Assembly: GCF_035084215.1 (NCBI RefSeq) | Contig: NC_090357.1 | Coordinates: 11,904,001-11,968,000 of the forward strand | DNA: 64,000 nt | Direction: 5' to 3' | DNA from: Heptranchias perlo | Taxonomy: Eukaryota | Shown: positions 29,102 to 39,822 of the stretch, piece by piece | How positions within the stretch are numbered: position 1 is the first letter of the stretch | How the letters are laid out: every line of letters starts with the position of its first letter | Made by a program: the position numbers and the translations under genes | Notes under the pieces: model-generated | What the model was told of the DNA's origin: nothing | The model's database searches: none | Seen by the model: the letters and a program-made list of their open reading frames with translations, nothing else

Positions 29102-30681
29102 GTACTGCCAGGATATGGGCATGGAGTTATTTTACAAAAAATATGGCGCTTCCTGGATACTGGGACAGAACAAGTACTGCCAAGTTATGGGGATAGTATT
29201 CATAGGTACAAGATGACTTGGGAGGAGTATTGCTGTTTCACAATAGGAATTGCCATGGTGATTTGGGGCTATTGCTTCACAACAAATATACTGCAACATA
29301 ATAAGTAAAAAGGTTTGTGAATAGTCTTTCATTGACTGTGATATTTTAATATTTTGCAATGCCATTTTCTGTTTTCTTGGCAGAGTTGTAGGTAATCACC
29401 ATTTTCCTGTTGTACTACAGGGAGTGTTAGTCAGGTCTCATGAGAAAAATTTGTATTTTCTCAGCAGAAGAATTTAGGTTAGGATAATTGCGATAAACTG
29501 ATACAAAAGTCAACTTAAATTTCAATACAATGGATAATCAGCGAATGTAAACAATAATAATAACCTGTTATTACACCCATGCTTCAGGACCTGTACATCG
29601 CTAATGTGAATTGTAGATGACAAGACTTCTTTAATATTAACTGCTTTTCTATCACTGGTATAGAATTTATGTTACATTGTTGCATATCAATTTCTCCATG
29701 AGCTCCACTCAATAGGAGCTAAGTGGCTAAATTCCCCACTTGGTGTGATACTGAGCCATACAAACTTGGAAGGTCCTAGTTTGATCCTTAGTCTGTGCTG
29801 AATTATCAACCTAAGGTGGCAGTAAGGATGCTACAGTTAACCTCTGGATCCATGGCCTGGGGCAAAATAAAGGTTCCTACTCCTGATGACTAAGAAGTAA
29901 CTCATCTTGTAAAGTATGAGTGTGCTGATATTGGATGAATGTAGGATCAAGCTCAGGAGTAATGGCCCACAAAGTCAAATAGCCAGCTAACACTAGGCCT
30001 AATTTTTCTGATCAAGCAGAAATCCTGTTGGTGCCAGGTGAAAAGAAAAAATGATTTTTTTTTAGAAGTTTCCTGCTTTGCCTGGAGCAATCGATCACAG
30101 ACGATTTAATGTTTAAACACGTCTTCTTGCTGCAGCCAGGAATACAAAGGTATCCCTGAGTGTTGTTACGGAGTTAATCATGTTGGATGATGTATTCCTG
30201 TCGTTAACATCTTATTTGAGTACTCAGGGTCTGACATCACTTCTGGTGGAAAATCCTGGAAGTGGTGGCAAAACAGCTCTCCACTGCAATTCCTGCATCG
30301 GCCCACCCAGAAACTACCAAAAAAACAGATGGTAGATATGTGGAAAATCCAAAACTCACTGTCGAGCCTCACATATGAGAATGGCCACTTGGCTGAAATA
30401 TTGGACACTTACCAGTACCTGTGGAATTATAACCAAACAAGATTCAAAGCCTCCAGGAGAGGAGGACAAAGGAAGGAATTCGATAAATAAAAGGGACCTT
30501 CCTGGCCTGCATGACTCAGTATGACACTGATGCATTTACTCACTGCACTACTAGGGAAGACGTTGCTCATGTGAATGCTTCATTTAAGGCTGCAGATCGT
30601 CCTCGTATGGATTTTAGCTCGGAGGTTGCAAAGATCAGTGCCTACTTCTCAAGCATCAGCTTGCCGGAATTCAACTGTTGA
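29102..30681 (+). pseudogene. Two-exon remnant of an unidentified protein-coding gene (probable unprocessed pseudogene)
   Basis: Exon A 29102..29304 (AG/GT-bounded, open, ends in phase 2) splices in frame to exon B from 30136. In-frame TGA 30188..30190, then about 99 open codons to TAA 30488..30490. A frameshifted open tail ends at TGA 30679..30681. Confidence 0.5.
29715..29995 (+). mobile_element. Ancient tRNA-headed SINE-like repeat (related minus-strand remnant near 4650..4945)
   Basis: tggtgtgatactgagcc...ggtcctagtttgatcc matches the reverse complement of 4880..4945; B-box-like motif. Confidence 0.4.
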
Positions 30682-32078
30682 GCTGATAAATGTATTGAAT
30701 CTTTGGTAATATTTCTTTGTAAAATATATGTAAGTATTTTTGCAATGAGATGGATATTTTTAATGTTCAAATACAAAATTGAGCTGTTAATACGGTAACA
30801 AGATGGTTTTGTGATTATTTGATGTCTTTATTGGACTGCCTTAGATTTTAAAGTGCAAATATGAAATTTGTATTTGTAATCAGAACCTGTCTTTGTAATG
30901 CTCTGTGACTTTGTATTAAAATTATTTGGAAAATATTTTTAATGTCTTACACTTTTCTGATAATTAATGAGACGAAAAGCACAAGCCACTGTGTGGTATT
31001 TTGGACTTGGCTGTAAGGAATTCTTCCAAATCAGAGATCAGCAAATCAGCTCCACTTCAGCTAGGTCGATCATCCAGAAGGTGGTGGATTTGAAGAAGCA
31101 TGTTAAATTATATGTTTGGAATTTGTCCATTGATGATTTGAAGTATCAGAGTCTTTCTCTAACTTAACAGATACTCAACTCCAGTGTCCATTGATCTCCA
31201 CGGGCGTTACCAGAAATACTTAAGAACTATTTTATTCGGCTTCGCTCCCAGCACAGAGCCTCTCTGAAGGCGAGAGACAATTGGTTGTGCGCCAAGAAAC
31301 AGCGAACCGCATTTTTTGGCAGAGAAATTTGGGGCTGTGGGCAAGGCTGTGCATTAGAGGCATAAGAATGATGCGATTGGGTCCATCCCAGTGCTGAGTT
31401 CACCCATATTAAATGGGTGCACGACAAATCCTTTCGCCTGGCCTGCGCGCATTGGATTCTTAAAGCAAAGTTACTGATACAAAACTTGACGGCAAAGCTC
31501 TGTTATTTTTTCCATTTAGCATTGGCATTTGGTTCATTTTGCTCCTTGCATTAGTCTTTCTTGCTGGGGTGTAATATTATTTGCCTTGTTTGTTTTTTTG
31601 GCAATACTTTATTGTTGCTTGCTGCTGCAAGTCAAGTTGTAAGTAATTGGGGAGGATGGGAATTTCTTCAGGGATTCCGATAGTGCTGCATAATTTAGAT
31701 GAGAAAGACAAGTATGTGAAAGGATCACTAGTCACAGTCACAGTGTCTGGTTTTGGTCCCTTTGTTTTTGAGGGCTCCCATGCAGATGGCTGTGAAGTTG
31801 CTACTTGCTCCAGGGTGCACTGCAGTTGTGAAAATTCATGACATATTGCTGCAGACAGGTTGGAGGTGCATTCCTGCACATTCTTCAACAACCCTTGCAG
31901 GGTGTTCATCGTTGTCTTCAAGATGACATAAAAGGCTTTTTGGTCATCATTTAAGTCCCTTCTGAAGACTGGTCCAGTAGGGTACAAATTCCTGGCTTAC
32001 ACAACAGAGAAATGCCTGAAGCTGGGAGCCTGAGCAACTGCTTGATGTTCCTCAGCTGCCAACTCCACTTGGTCTTCT

Positions 32079-32143
32079 TAGAGTCATAGAGTCATAGAGT
32101 CATACAGCACGGATAGAGGCCCTTCGGCCCATCGTGTCCGCGC
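32079..32143 (-). mobile_element. Very short CR1 3' end with (TCATAGAG)n tail
   Basis: tagagtcatagagtcatagagtcatacagcacggatagaggcccttcggccc. Confidence 0.7.
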
Positions 32144-32554
32144 TTATTGAAAGTTAAATGCAAAAGTCAAGAGAATATAATTTAGCTTGTTGTTGATAAT
32201 ATTTATCTAATGGTAGTCTGTACTCATGCATTATTCTGTTCAGCCTTTGGATAAGGACTGTATACAGTAGATCCCTGACATGTTTCCTATTCGAAACAAT
32301 TATAAATAATAACTGTGGCTTGAATACAATGGGGAAAAAGAAGTAAACTGAAGCTGACCTAACATGTTGTAAGTTGATGTGACACATTATAGTCTTATAA
32401 CATGGATAATGTACCTTCTGCTTGAAGATGTGAAAAAAAATGACTGGTTCTTTCTTTCATACATTTGCTGTGGCTGCAGGGACCATTTTAATTAGTTTGA
32501 CTTTTCCTTTGGTTTTTTGATGATACGGTTTGATGGTGAGTGGGAGCGTATAAT

Positions 32555-33370
32555 TAAATATTGGGAAGACCGAAGCGATCGTCTTTGGTCCGCGCCACAA
32601 ACTCCGTTCCCTAGCCACCGACTCCATCCCTCTCCCTGGCCACTATCTGAGGCTGAAACAGACTGTTTGCAACCTTGGCATCCTATTTGACCCTGATATG
32701 AGCTTCCGATCACATATCAGCTCCATCACCAAGATCACCTATTTCCACCTTAGTAACATCGGCCATCTCCGCCCCTGCCTCAGCTCATCTGCTGCTGAAA
32801 CCCTCATCCATGCCTTTGTTACCTCTAGACTTGACGATTCCAATGGTCTCCTGGCCGGGCTCCCATCTTCCACCCTCCATAAACTTGAGCTCATCCAAAT
32901 CTCTGCTGCCTGTATCTAACTCACATCAAGTCCCATTCTCCCATCACCTCTGAACATTGGCTCCCAGTCTGGGAATGCCTCAATTTTAAAATTCTCATCC
33001 TTGTTTTCAAATCCCTCCCTGGCCTTTCCCCTCCCTAACCTCCTCCAGCCCTACAATCCTGCGCGATCTCTGTGCTCCTCCAATTCTTGCCTCACGCGCA
33101 TCCTTAATTTTAATCCCTCCACCATTGACGGCTGTGCCTTCAGCTGCCTAGGCCCTAAGCTCTGAAATTCCCTCCCTAAACCTCCCCGCCTCTCTATCTC
33201 TCTTTCCTCCTTTAAGACACTCCTTTAAACTGACCTCTTTGACCAAGCCTGACCTAATATCTCCCTGTGTGGCTCGGTGTCAAATTTTGTTTGATGACAC
33301 TCCTGTGAAGCGCCTTGAGATGTTTTACTATGTTAAGGGCACTGTGTAAATAGAAGTTGTTGTTGTTGTT
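32555..33370 (+). mobile_element. L2-type LINE 3' fragment
   Basis: ORF 32698..32919 HISSITKITYFHLSNI..LRPCLSSSAAETLIHAFVTSRLD..N.LLAGLP; (gtt)n tail. Confidence 0.88.
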
Positions 33371-33902
33371 TGTTGCTTTGCATGTAATTTTCTCCAGTAT
33401 CTGATTGGTGGCAATAGAACTGCTAGAATGTAAACTTTTGCTCATATATAGATCAAATGTAGTTCACTGAAGTCATATTTCATGAGCGCCATGTCATAGA
33501 CTCAACAATACAGCTCATGGTATAAAAAAAATTGTTGTGCATTCGCAGTCTTTCATGCATACTTTCAACAGTAAGTGTTTGGATAATGGGCAGGACTATA
33601 CCCTACAATTAGAAGTTAGTTAAGTCAAGGTTACTTTATCTCAAGAATGATGATTCATAATGCAGCCCGGGGGCACTTTGAATTGGTGTATTAATGTATT
33701 GCACCATAGAATAACCAAGATGGTTCAGGTTCCATCTTGATCTTGGCTCGGTCACTAGGGAGGTGTCGAGTGGAGCTCAGGAACTGTTCCAGATGGTAAC
33801 TGTGAAAGGAGTGCCAAAGTATGAGTCAAGCTATACCTGTACTTGTATCAAATGTAAGGAGTCTTACAACACCAGGTTATAGTCCAACAGCTTTATTTGA
33901 AA

Positions 33903-33939
33903 TCACAAGCTTTCGGAGCTTTCCTCCTTCGTCAGGTGA
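33903..33939 (-). ncRNA. Minimal hammerhead ribozyme in the Penelope 3' pLTR
   Basis: Minus strand: TCAC-CTGACGA-A-GGAG-gaaag-CTCC-GAAA-GC-TT-GTGA. Complete CUGANGA/GAAA/UH core, stems I and II, palindromic AAGCTT stem III. Confidence 0.85.
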
Positions 33940-35831
33940 GTGTAGGATTCCATAAAGGTACAGCATAAATAGTCAGAGAACAATGCCTGGTGATTACAGA
34001 TAATCTTTCCAACTGCCCGTTATCACACCTCGGCAGAGATATAATCAAAGCAATCAAAGGAGTGGAATGGTGTTCAGACAGAGAAACATTACATACAAGA
34101 CTACTGAATACACAACCGGTCAGAACACAAAGACAGAGAGAGAGAGAGACACCCGAAAGGCAGAGAAAGAGAGAGAATGACCAGTTGTATTAAAAACAGC
34201 TAACTTTTTTTCACTGGTGGGGTTACATGTAGCGTGACATGAACCCAAGATCCCGGTTGAGGCCGTCCTCATGGGTGCGGAACTTGGCTATCAATTTCTG
34301 CTCGACAATTTTGCGTTGTCGTGTGTCTTGAAGGCCGCCTTGGAGAACGCTTACCCGCAGATCGGAGGCTGAATGTCCTTGACTGCTAAAGTGTTCCCCG
34401 ACTGGGAGGGAACCCTCCTGTCTGGCGATTGTTGCGCGGTGTCCGTTCATCCGCTGTCGCAGTGTCTGCATGGTCTCGCCGATGTACCATGCTCCAGGGC
34501 ATCCTTTCCTGCAACGTATGAGGTAGACAACGTTGGCCGAGTCGCAGGAGTATGAATCATGTGCCTGGTGGGTGGTGTCCTCTCGTGTGATGGTGGTATC
34601 TGTGTCGATGATCTGGCATGTCTTGCAGAGGTTGCTGTGGCAGGGTTGTGTGGTGTCGTGGACACTGTTCTCCTGAAAGCTGGGTAATTTGCTGCGAACT
34701 ATGGTCTGTTTGAGGTTAGATGGCTGTTTGAAGGCGAGTACTGGAGGCGTGGGGATGGCCTTAGCGAGGTGTTCGTCGTCATCGATGACATGTTGAAGGC
34801 TGCGAAGAACATGGCGTAGTTTCTCCGCTCAGGGGAGGTACTGGACGACGAAGGGTACTCTGCTGGTTGTGTCCCGTGTTTGGCTTCTGAGGAGATCTAT
34901 GCGATTTTTCGCTGTGGCCTGTCGGAACTGTCGATCGACGAGTCGAGCATCATATCCCGTTCTTACAAGGGTGTCTTTCAGCGTCTGTAGGTGTCAATCG
35001 CATTCCTCCTTGTCTGAGCAGATCCTGTGTATTCGCAGGGCCTGTCCATAGGGGATGGCCTCTTTGACGTGGTTAGGGTGGAAGCTGGAAAAGTGGAGCA
35101 TCGTGAGGTTGTCCGTGGGCTTGCGGTAGAGTGAGGTGCTGAGGTGCCCATCTTTGATGGAGATTCGTGTGTCCAAGAATGAAACCGATTCTGAGGAGTA
35201 GTCCATGGTGAGTTTGATGGTGAGATGGAACTTGTTGATGTTATCGTGTAGTCTCTTCAGTGATTCTTCGCCGTGGGTCCATAGGAAGAAAATGTTGTTG
35301 ATGTATCTGGTGTATAGCGTTGGTTGGAGGTCCTGTGCAGTGAAGAAGTCGTGCTCGAACTTGTGCATGAAAATGTTGGCATATTGGGGTGCGAATTTGG
35401 TCTCCATGGCTGTTCCGTGTGTTTGGGTAAAGAACTGGTTATCGAAGGTGAAGACATTGTGATCCAGGATGAAGCAGATGAGTTGTAGGATGGCGTCTGG
35501 AGATTAGCTGTTGTTGGTGTTGAGTACTGAGGCTGTTGCAGCGATGCCGTCATCATGGGGGATACTGGTGTAGAGTGCCGAGACGTCCATCGTGGTGAGA
35601 AGTGTTCCTGGTTCAATTGGTCCGTGGGTGCTGAATTTTTGTAGGAAGTCTGTAGTGTCGCGACAGAAGCTGGGGGTTCCCTGTACGATGGGTTTCAGGA
35701 TGCTCTCGACGTATCCAGAGAGGTTCTCACACAGGGTTCTGTTGCCTGATACGATAGGACGTCCGGGTGTGTTGGCTTTGTGTATCTTTGGGAGGCAGTG
35801 GAAGTCTCCCACGCGGGGAGTACGTGGGATG

Positions 35832-35978
35832 ACAGTTACATGGGTAAGATGGGTATAGAGGGATATGGGCCAAGTGCAGGCAATTGGGACTAGCTTAGTG
35901 GTATAAACTGGGTGACATGGACATGTTAGGCTGAAGGGCCTGTTTCCATGTTGTAAACTTCTATGATTCTATGATTCT
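35832..35978 (+). mobile_element. CR1 3' tail inserted into the Penelope ORF
   Basis: Ends in ttctatgattctatgattct; flanked by g[g/t]gatga; Penelope coding sequence continues on both sides. Confidence 0.8.
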
Positions 35979-38239
35979 GTGATGAGAGCACGTAGGATGC
36001 TTTGAACGTCTGGATTGAAGGTCTTGATCAGTTTGTTGAGCTGGTGGGTGTGTTCTTTGGTCGGATCTGCGGGTAACCATCTGTAGCGTTCCTGGTTGTC
36101 CAGTTGTCGGTATGCTTCTTTGCAATAGTCCGTTCTGTTCGGTATGACGATGGCTCCTCCTTTGTCCGCTGGTTTGATGACGATGTTGCAGTTGGTCTTG
36201 AGAGCGTCGATGGCATTGCGTTGTGCTCGGGTGACATTCTGGATTGTCTTGTGAGTGCGGCTGATGAATCTGGCGTTGACGCATCTCCTGACTGCTTGAG
36301 CATACATGTCAAGCTTAGGGCAGCGACCCTCCGGAGGAGTCCAATTTGACTCTTTCTTCTTCGGTTGCTGTACCGCGGATCCCTCTGTCTGCTGTTCCGG
36401 ATCGTTGATTGTCTCATTGGGTTCGCTGCTGAAATCTTGGGATTTGTGGAAGAATTCCCGGAGCCTCATTCTCCTGATGAATTCCTCTGTGTCCGCCACG
36501 AGACCGATTGGGTCCATTTTGGTGGTGGGGCAGAAATTGAGCCCTCGGCTGAGAACTTCGATTTCGTCTGGTTGAAGGGTGTGGTCGGACAAATTGATGA
36601 TAACCTTCCCTGTGGTTGCAACCATGGTACCGGGGGAGGCTTGGTTGATGCTGGTGGTGATGCCGAGTTTCTCAAGCTTCCTGCTCTTGGTTTTCATATA
36701 GGCAGCGTAGTTCCGTTGCCTCGTCTGTTTGGCGGTGTCTCGTAGCTGGTCTGCTGTGTCCTGAGTACAGGTTGAGAGTATGGACTCTATCTTGGTTTCG
36801 AGGTTGCGGAGTCTGCTGTAGAGTTGGTGTACTTGTATCACACAGTACAATTACGCAGTAGTATTACGGAGATCTGAAAGCAAGTTGCCTAGCTGCCCTT
36901 TTAGCAGTGGAAATGTGCATGATGTAGATAAAACTTAAAGTAGTTTAAAAACAAAACTTTCAAAAAATAGTTTAGGAGTAAGTAATTTTTATTTGTGTAA
37001 AGTATGCAGGCAATAAATGTCTCCCATCTTGTGTTTAATGATTTTTTACCCCTTTGGTTTTCTCGGCCCTTTGTCAACTGTGGCTGAGAAGAGCATGCAA
37101 CCTTCGTCCAGGTTCCACTATCGCTATTCTTAACCAGGCACCTGAGGTGCACAAGAGAAGCTTGGGGCAACTCTCCCAGATATTTTCTCTCCCTGTCTGA
37201 GGGGAGTATCTAGCCTCCAATCAGCAGCTTCTCACGATTATTTAGTTGAGATCAAGAACTCAAAGAATGGGAATCAGATCAGTTTAATCTCAATCCATGG
37301 TGTACCGATTGCTGTTGCACCAAAATGTGACCCATACAAGAGGATCTTTATGAGCCATGGCTCATTCTCCAGTTGTTGATTTGTGCTACTGTTTAGTAAT
37401 AGTGATAAAAGAAATCAAACCCCTGCCTAAATTTTAATACAATAGATGCATGCAAAGATTGGATAATATTGGGCCTGTTCACTTGAACACTTCTGATGGA
37501 ATAATCCCAATTTCAAAGTTGACAATAACTACTTCTGGTAATGTCACTGGGGTTAGATTGGGTATTTGATAAATAGTTTTGCACGCTAATATTTCAAATT
37601 TCTGCTAGTTAAATTTCAAACTCAACTTTTGAATGGTCACTGTGGCTGGAGGTAGATTTGCAAATCATTTCTTTAGAGGAATTATGCCAAATCTATAATC
37701 TCACATTTCTTCTCATTGGCTTGTGCTTTTCTTCTGAATGAAAGAGGTGAAGGCTAGGGCAAAGTCCGTTGAGAATAGAAGATAGATTTAGGCCTGAAAT
37801 TTGCTCAGATCCCCTGAAAATCCATCTGAGACAAAGTAGAGCACACCACATATTCAAGTGAAACTACTGCAGAGACTCTATTTGCAGTGGAATTGGATGT
37901 GTTGAATATGTCACAAAACTGTTGTAGAAGTTATGGGAAGCATGGATACCAGTCTCACATGAAGAAGGGATCCCTAAGGATGAGGTATTCTGAAAGGCGA
38001 TAAGAAAAGTCATTGAAGGAATTACCTATGTCAGGGGAAGGGGATTGGGTTTCCGAGACTATAGACCCCAGTTGAACTGAATCAAGTGGAAGACAGATCA
38101 GAAATATTATATACACAGGAGTCCTGATTATTTTGAAGCTTACTTCTTGGCAGAGTATCTCCATCTGTCTTAAAGTGGCTAAATGCCACAACAATGTCAG
38201 GTTAAAATGGATGCCAATTGGAAACATAGATGGGTCAAT

Positions 38240-38412
38240 TAAAAATGTAAACAGAAAATGTTGGAAATACAGAGCTGGTCCATCAGCATCTGTAAAGAGA
38301 AAAGGCAGGTTAGTGTTTCAGATATCGACACCTTGTCACTACTCTTGTTTTCTCTTTGCAGCTAATGCCAGACCTGCTGTGCATTTCCAGCATTTTCTGT
38401 TTTTATTTCAGA
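38240..38412. mobile_element. Degenerate copy of the small fold-back family (as 14868..15070)
   Basis: aaacagaaaatgttggaaat...cagcatctg / gacctgctgtgcatttccagcattttctgtttttatttcaga. Confidence 0.6.
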
Positions 38413-38799
38413 ATTTGAAGTTTTACTCTCCTTTTATATATAGTCAATTAAATTTGGCTAGATGTGATCTCTGCTTTAAGTGCAGAGCGCAAGATGTCCT
38501 TGCAGTGCCCCATAATTTATTAGATGTCCCACGTACTGTTTGGACGTATTCCAGGAGGTTTCATCACATCACCTCCCACCTCGCTCAGCCCTTTTTTTCC
38601 CCTCATCTCCAATACTTTTTACAACTAATAAACAAAAGTGTTCAAAGAAAATGAATTAAAAAAAATCACAATTGCTTCTTAATGCTTTTATGATTTTTCT
38701 CCCGGGTTGCTTGCAGCAGTGTCCAGGGGATTAATCTTTAATTCCTGGAGGGTTGGCAACTCCTGTCGGCCAGATGTTGACAACTCTGATCAAACTCCT

Positions 38800-38918
38800 G
38801 CGGTGGACCAAGGTGTGTGAACTACAACTCCCGGCGTGCCCTGCGGCGGGACGCTGGCCAGGTATCGCGAGATCTGCCGGAGCGGGGCGTCCATGTTGCT
38901 GGTGAACGTTGGCCTGTG
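38800..38918 (+). promoter_or_regulatory. CpG-island promoter and non-coding exon 1 of the TTC3-like gene
   Basis: ZNF143/THAP11-type motif AACTACAACTCCCGGCGTGCCCTGCG 38820..38845; TATCGCGAGA (CGCG/BANP-type) 38863..38872; donor GTG|GTGAGT at 38918/38919; no TATA box. Confidence 0.75.
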
Positions 38919-38996
38919 GTGAGTTTGATCTTTATTCGAACGAGCAGGTCGGTGGGGATTGTTAGAGCGCCGCATTACCAGCTTAAAGTGTTCAAT

Positions 38997-39018
38997 TATA
39001 TATATATATATATATACA
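38997..39018. repeat. (TA)n microsatellite
   Basis: tatatatatatatatatata. Confidence 0.9.
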
Positions 39019-39822
39019 TACACAATGAGCGATTTCGGTATCGTGACCACGGCGGAGCGGTTCGAGAGTCGGTCGGTCGGGTTCCACCACCAAGCTGGCG
39101 GTTGAGTTCCTGGCAAAGTTTGGTCGGAGACGGAGGGCGGGAGTGACGGGTCCTGAGGCTTCACGGGGGGGGGGGGGGGGCGGGTTGGGATTGGAGTTAA
39201 AACTCCCAGTTGGGATTGAGGTGATCAAAGGGGAGAGAAACTAGAAAACCCTTTCCAAAAATCTGCAACTGGGTTTGTTTCCTTTTAGGAGTGAGATACC
39301 CCGAAATATTTTAAATGCACAACTCACTCCCCATGAGCGAGATTTGGGATTGATTTTGACCAAATCTTCCTCTTTTTGAAGGACAGTTTCAGATATTCCG
39401 CCTTTGGGCCGTCACCCCCTTGAAAGTAATGTTTAAAATTCTGTCTCGTAGTGTAAGACGATGATGCCGCCGTAGACACGCAAAATATCACCCTGTATGT
39501 TATGTTTATTTTGCGGAGGGTTTGATGTTTTTTGTTTCATGCTTGTGTTTGGTTGTTAATTATTGTTTATATTTAATCTTAATGTTGTTAATTCCCAGAA
39601 AAATACATAAGACACGCACGTACGTACACACGAATGTAACACAAGCCAGTGTTGTGAAGGTGTTGCTTGTGTGAGATTTAATAACATGTAGTTTGTAACG
39701 CTGGCTGAAATTGTCGATCAATGTTTTTGCTTTGTTTGGACAGGAGACAGTAGCTTGATAGAAGGTGCTGGAAAACATTATACATGTCCAATTTTTAATA
39801 TTGCAGTTCCTAGCTTGCAATT

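Larger units (their letters stand above)
33851..36827 (-). mobile_element. Penelope-like retroelement (RT + GIY-YIG endonuclease), 5'-truncated and inactivated, with a 13-bp target-site duplication
   Basis: NLSDHTL..EIEVLSRGLNFCP, IKPADKGGAIV, LPKIHK..PGRPIVS, MDVSALYTSIPH, FAPQYANIFM, catalytic motif reads YINN, FLDT, LYRKPT, VVYLIRC...YIGETMQTLRQRMNGHR...EQKLI...GLNRD. TSD tgtacttgtatca at 33838..33850 and 36828..36840. Confidence 0.95.

Noticed and set aside
33539-33555. gcattcgcagtctttc resembling U14 domain A
   Set aside because: No box C, domain B or box D at the proper spacing; chance match.
38133-38654. 173-aa ORF upstream of the TTC3-like promoter
   Set aside because: It runs through a fold-back repeat, has no recognisable domain and no splice support.
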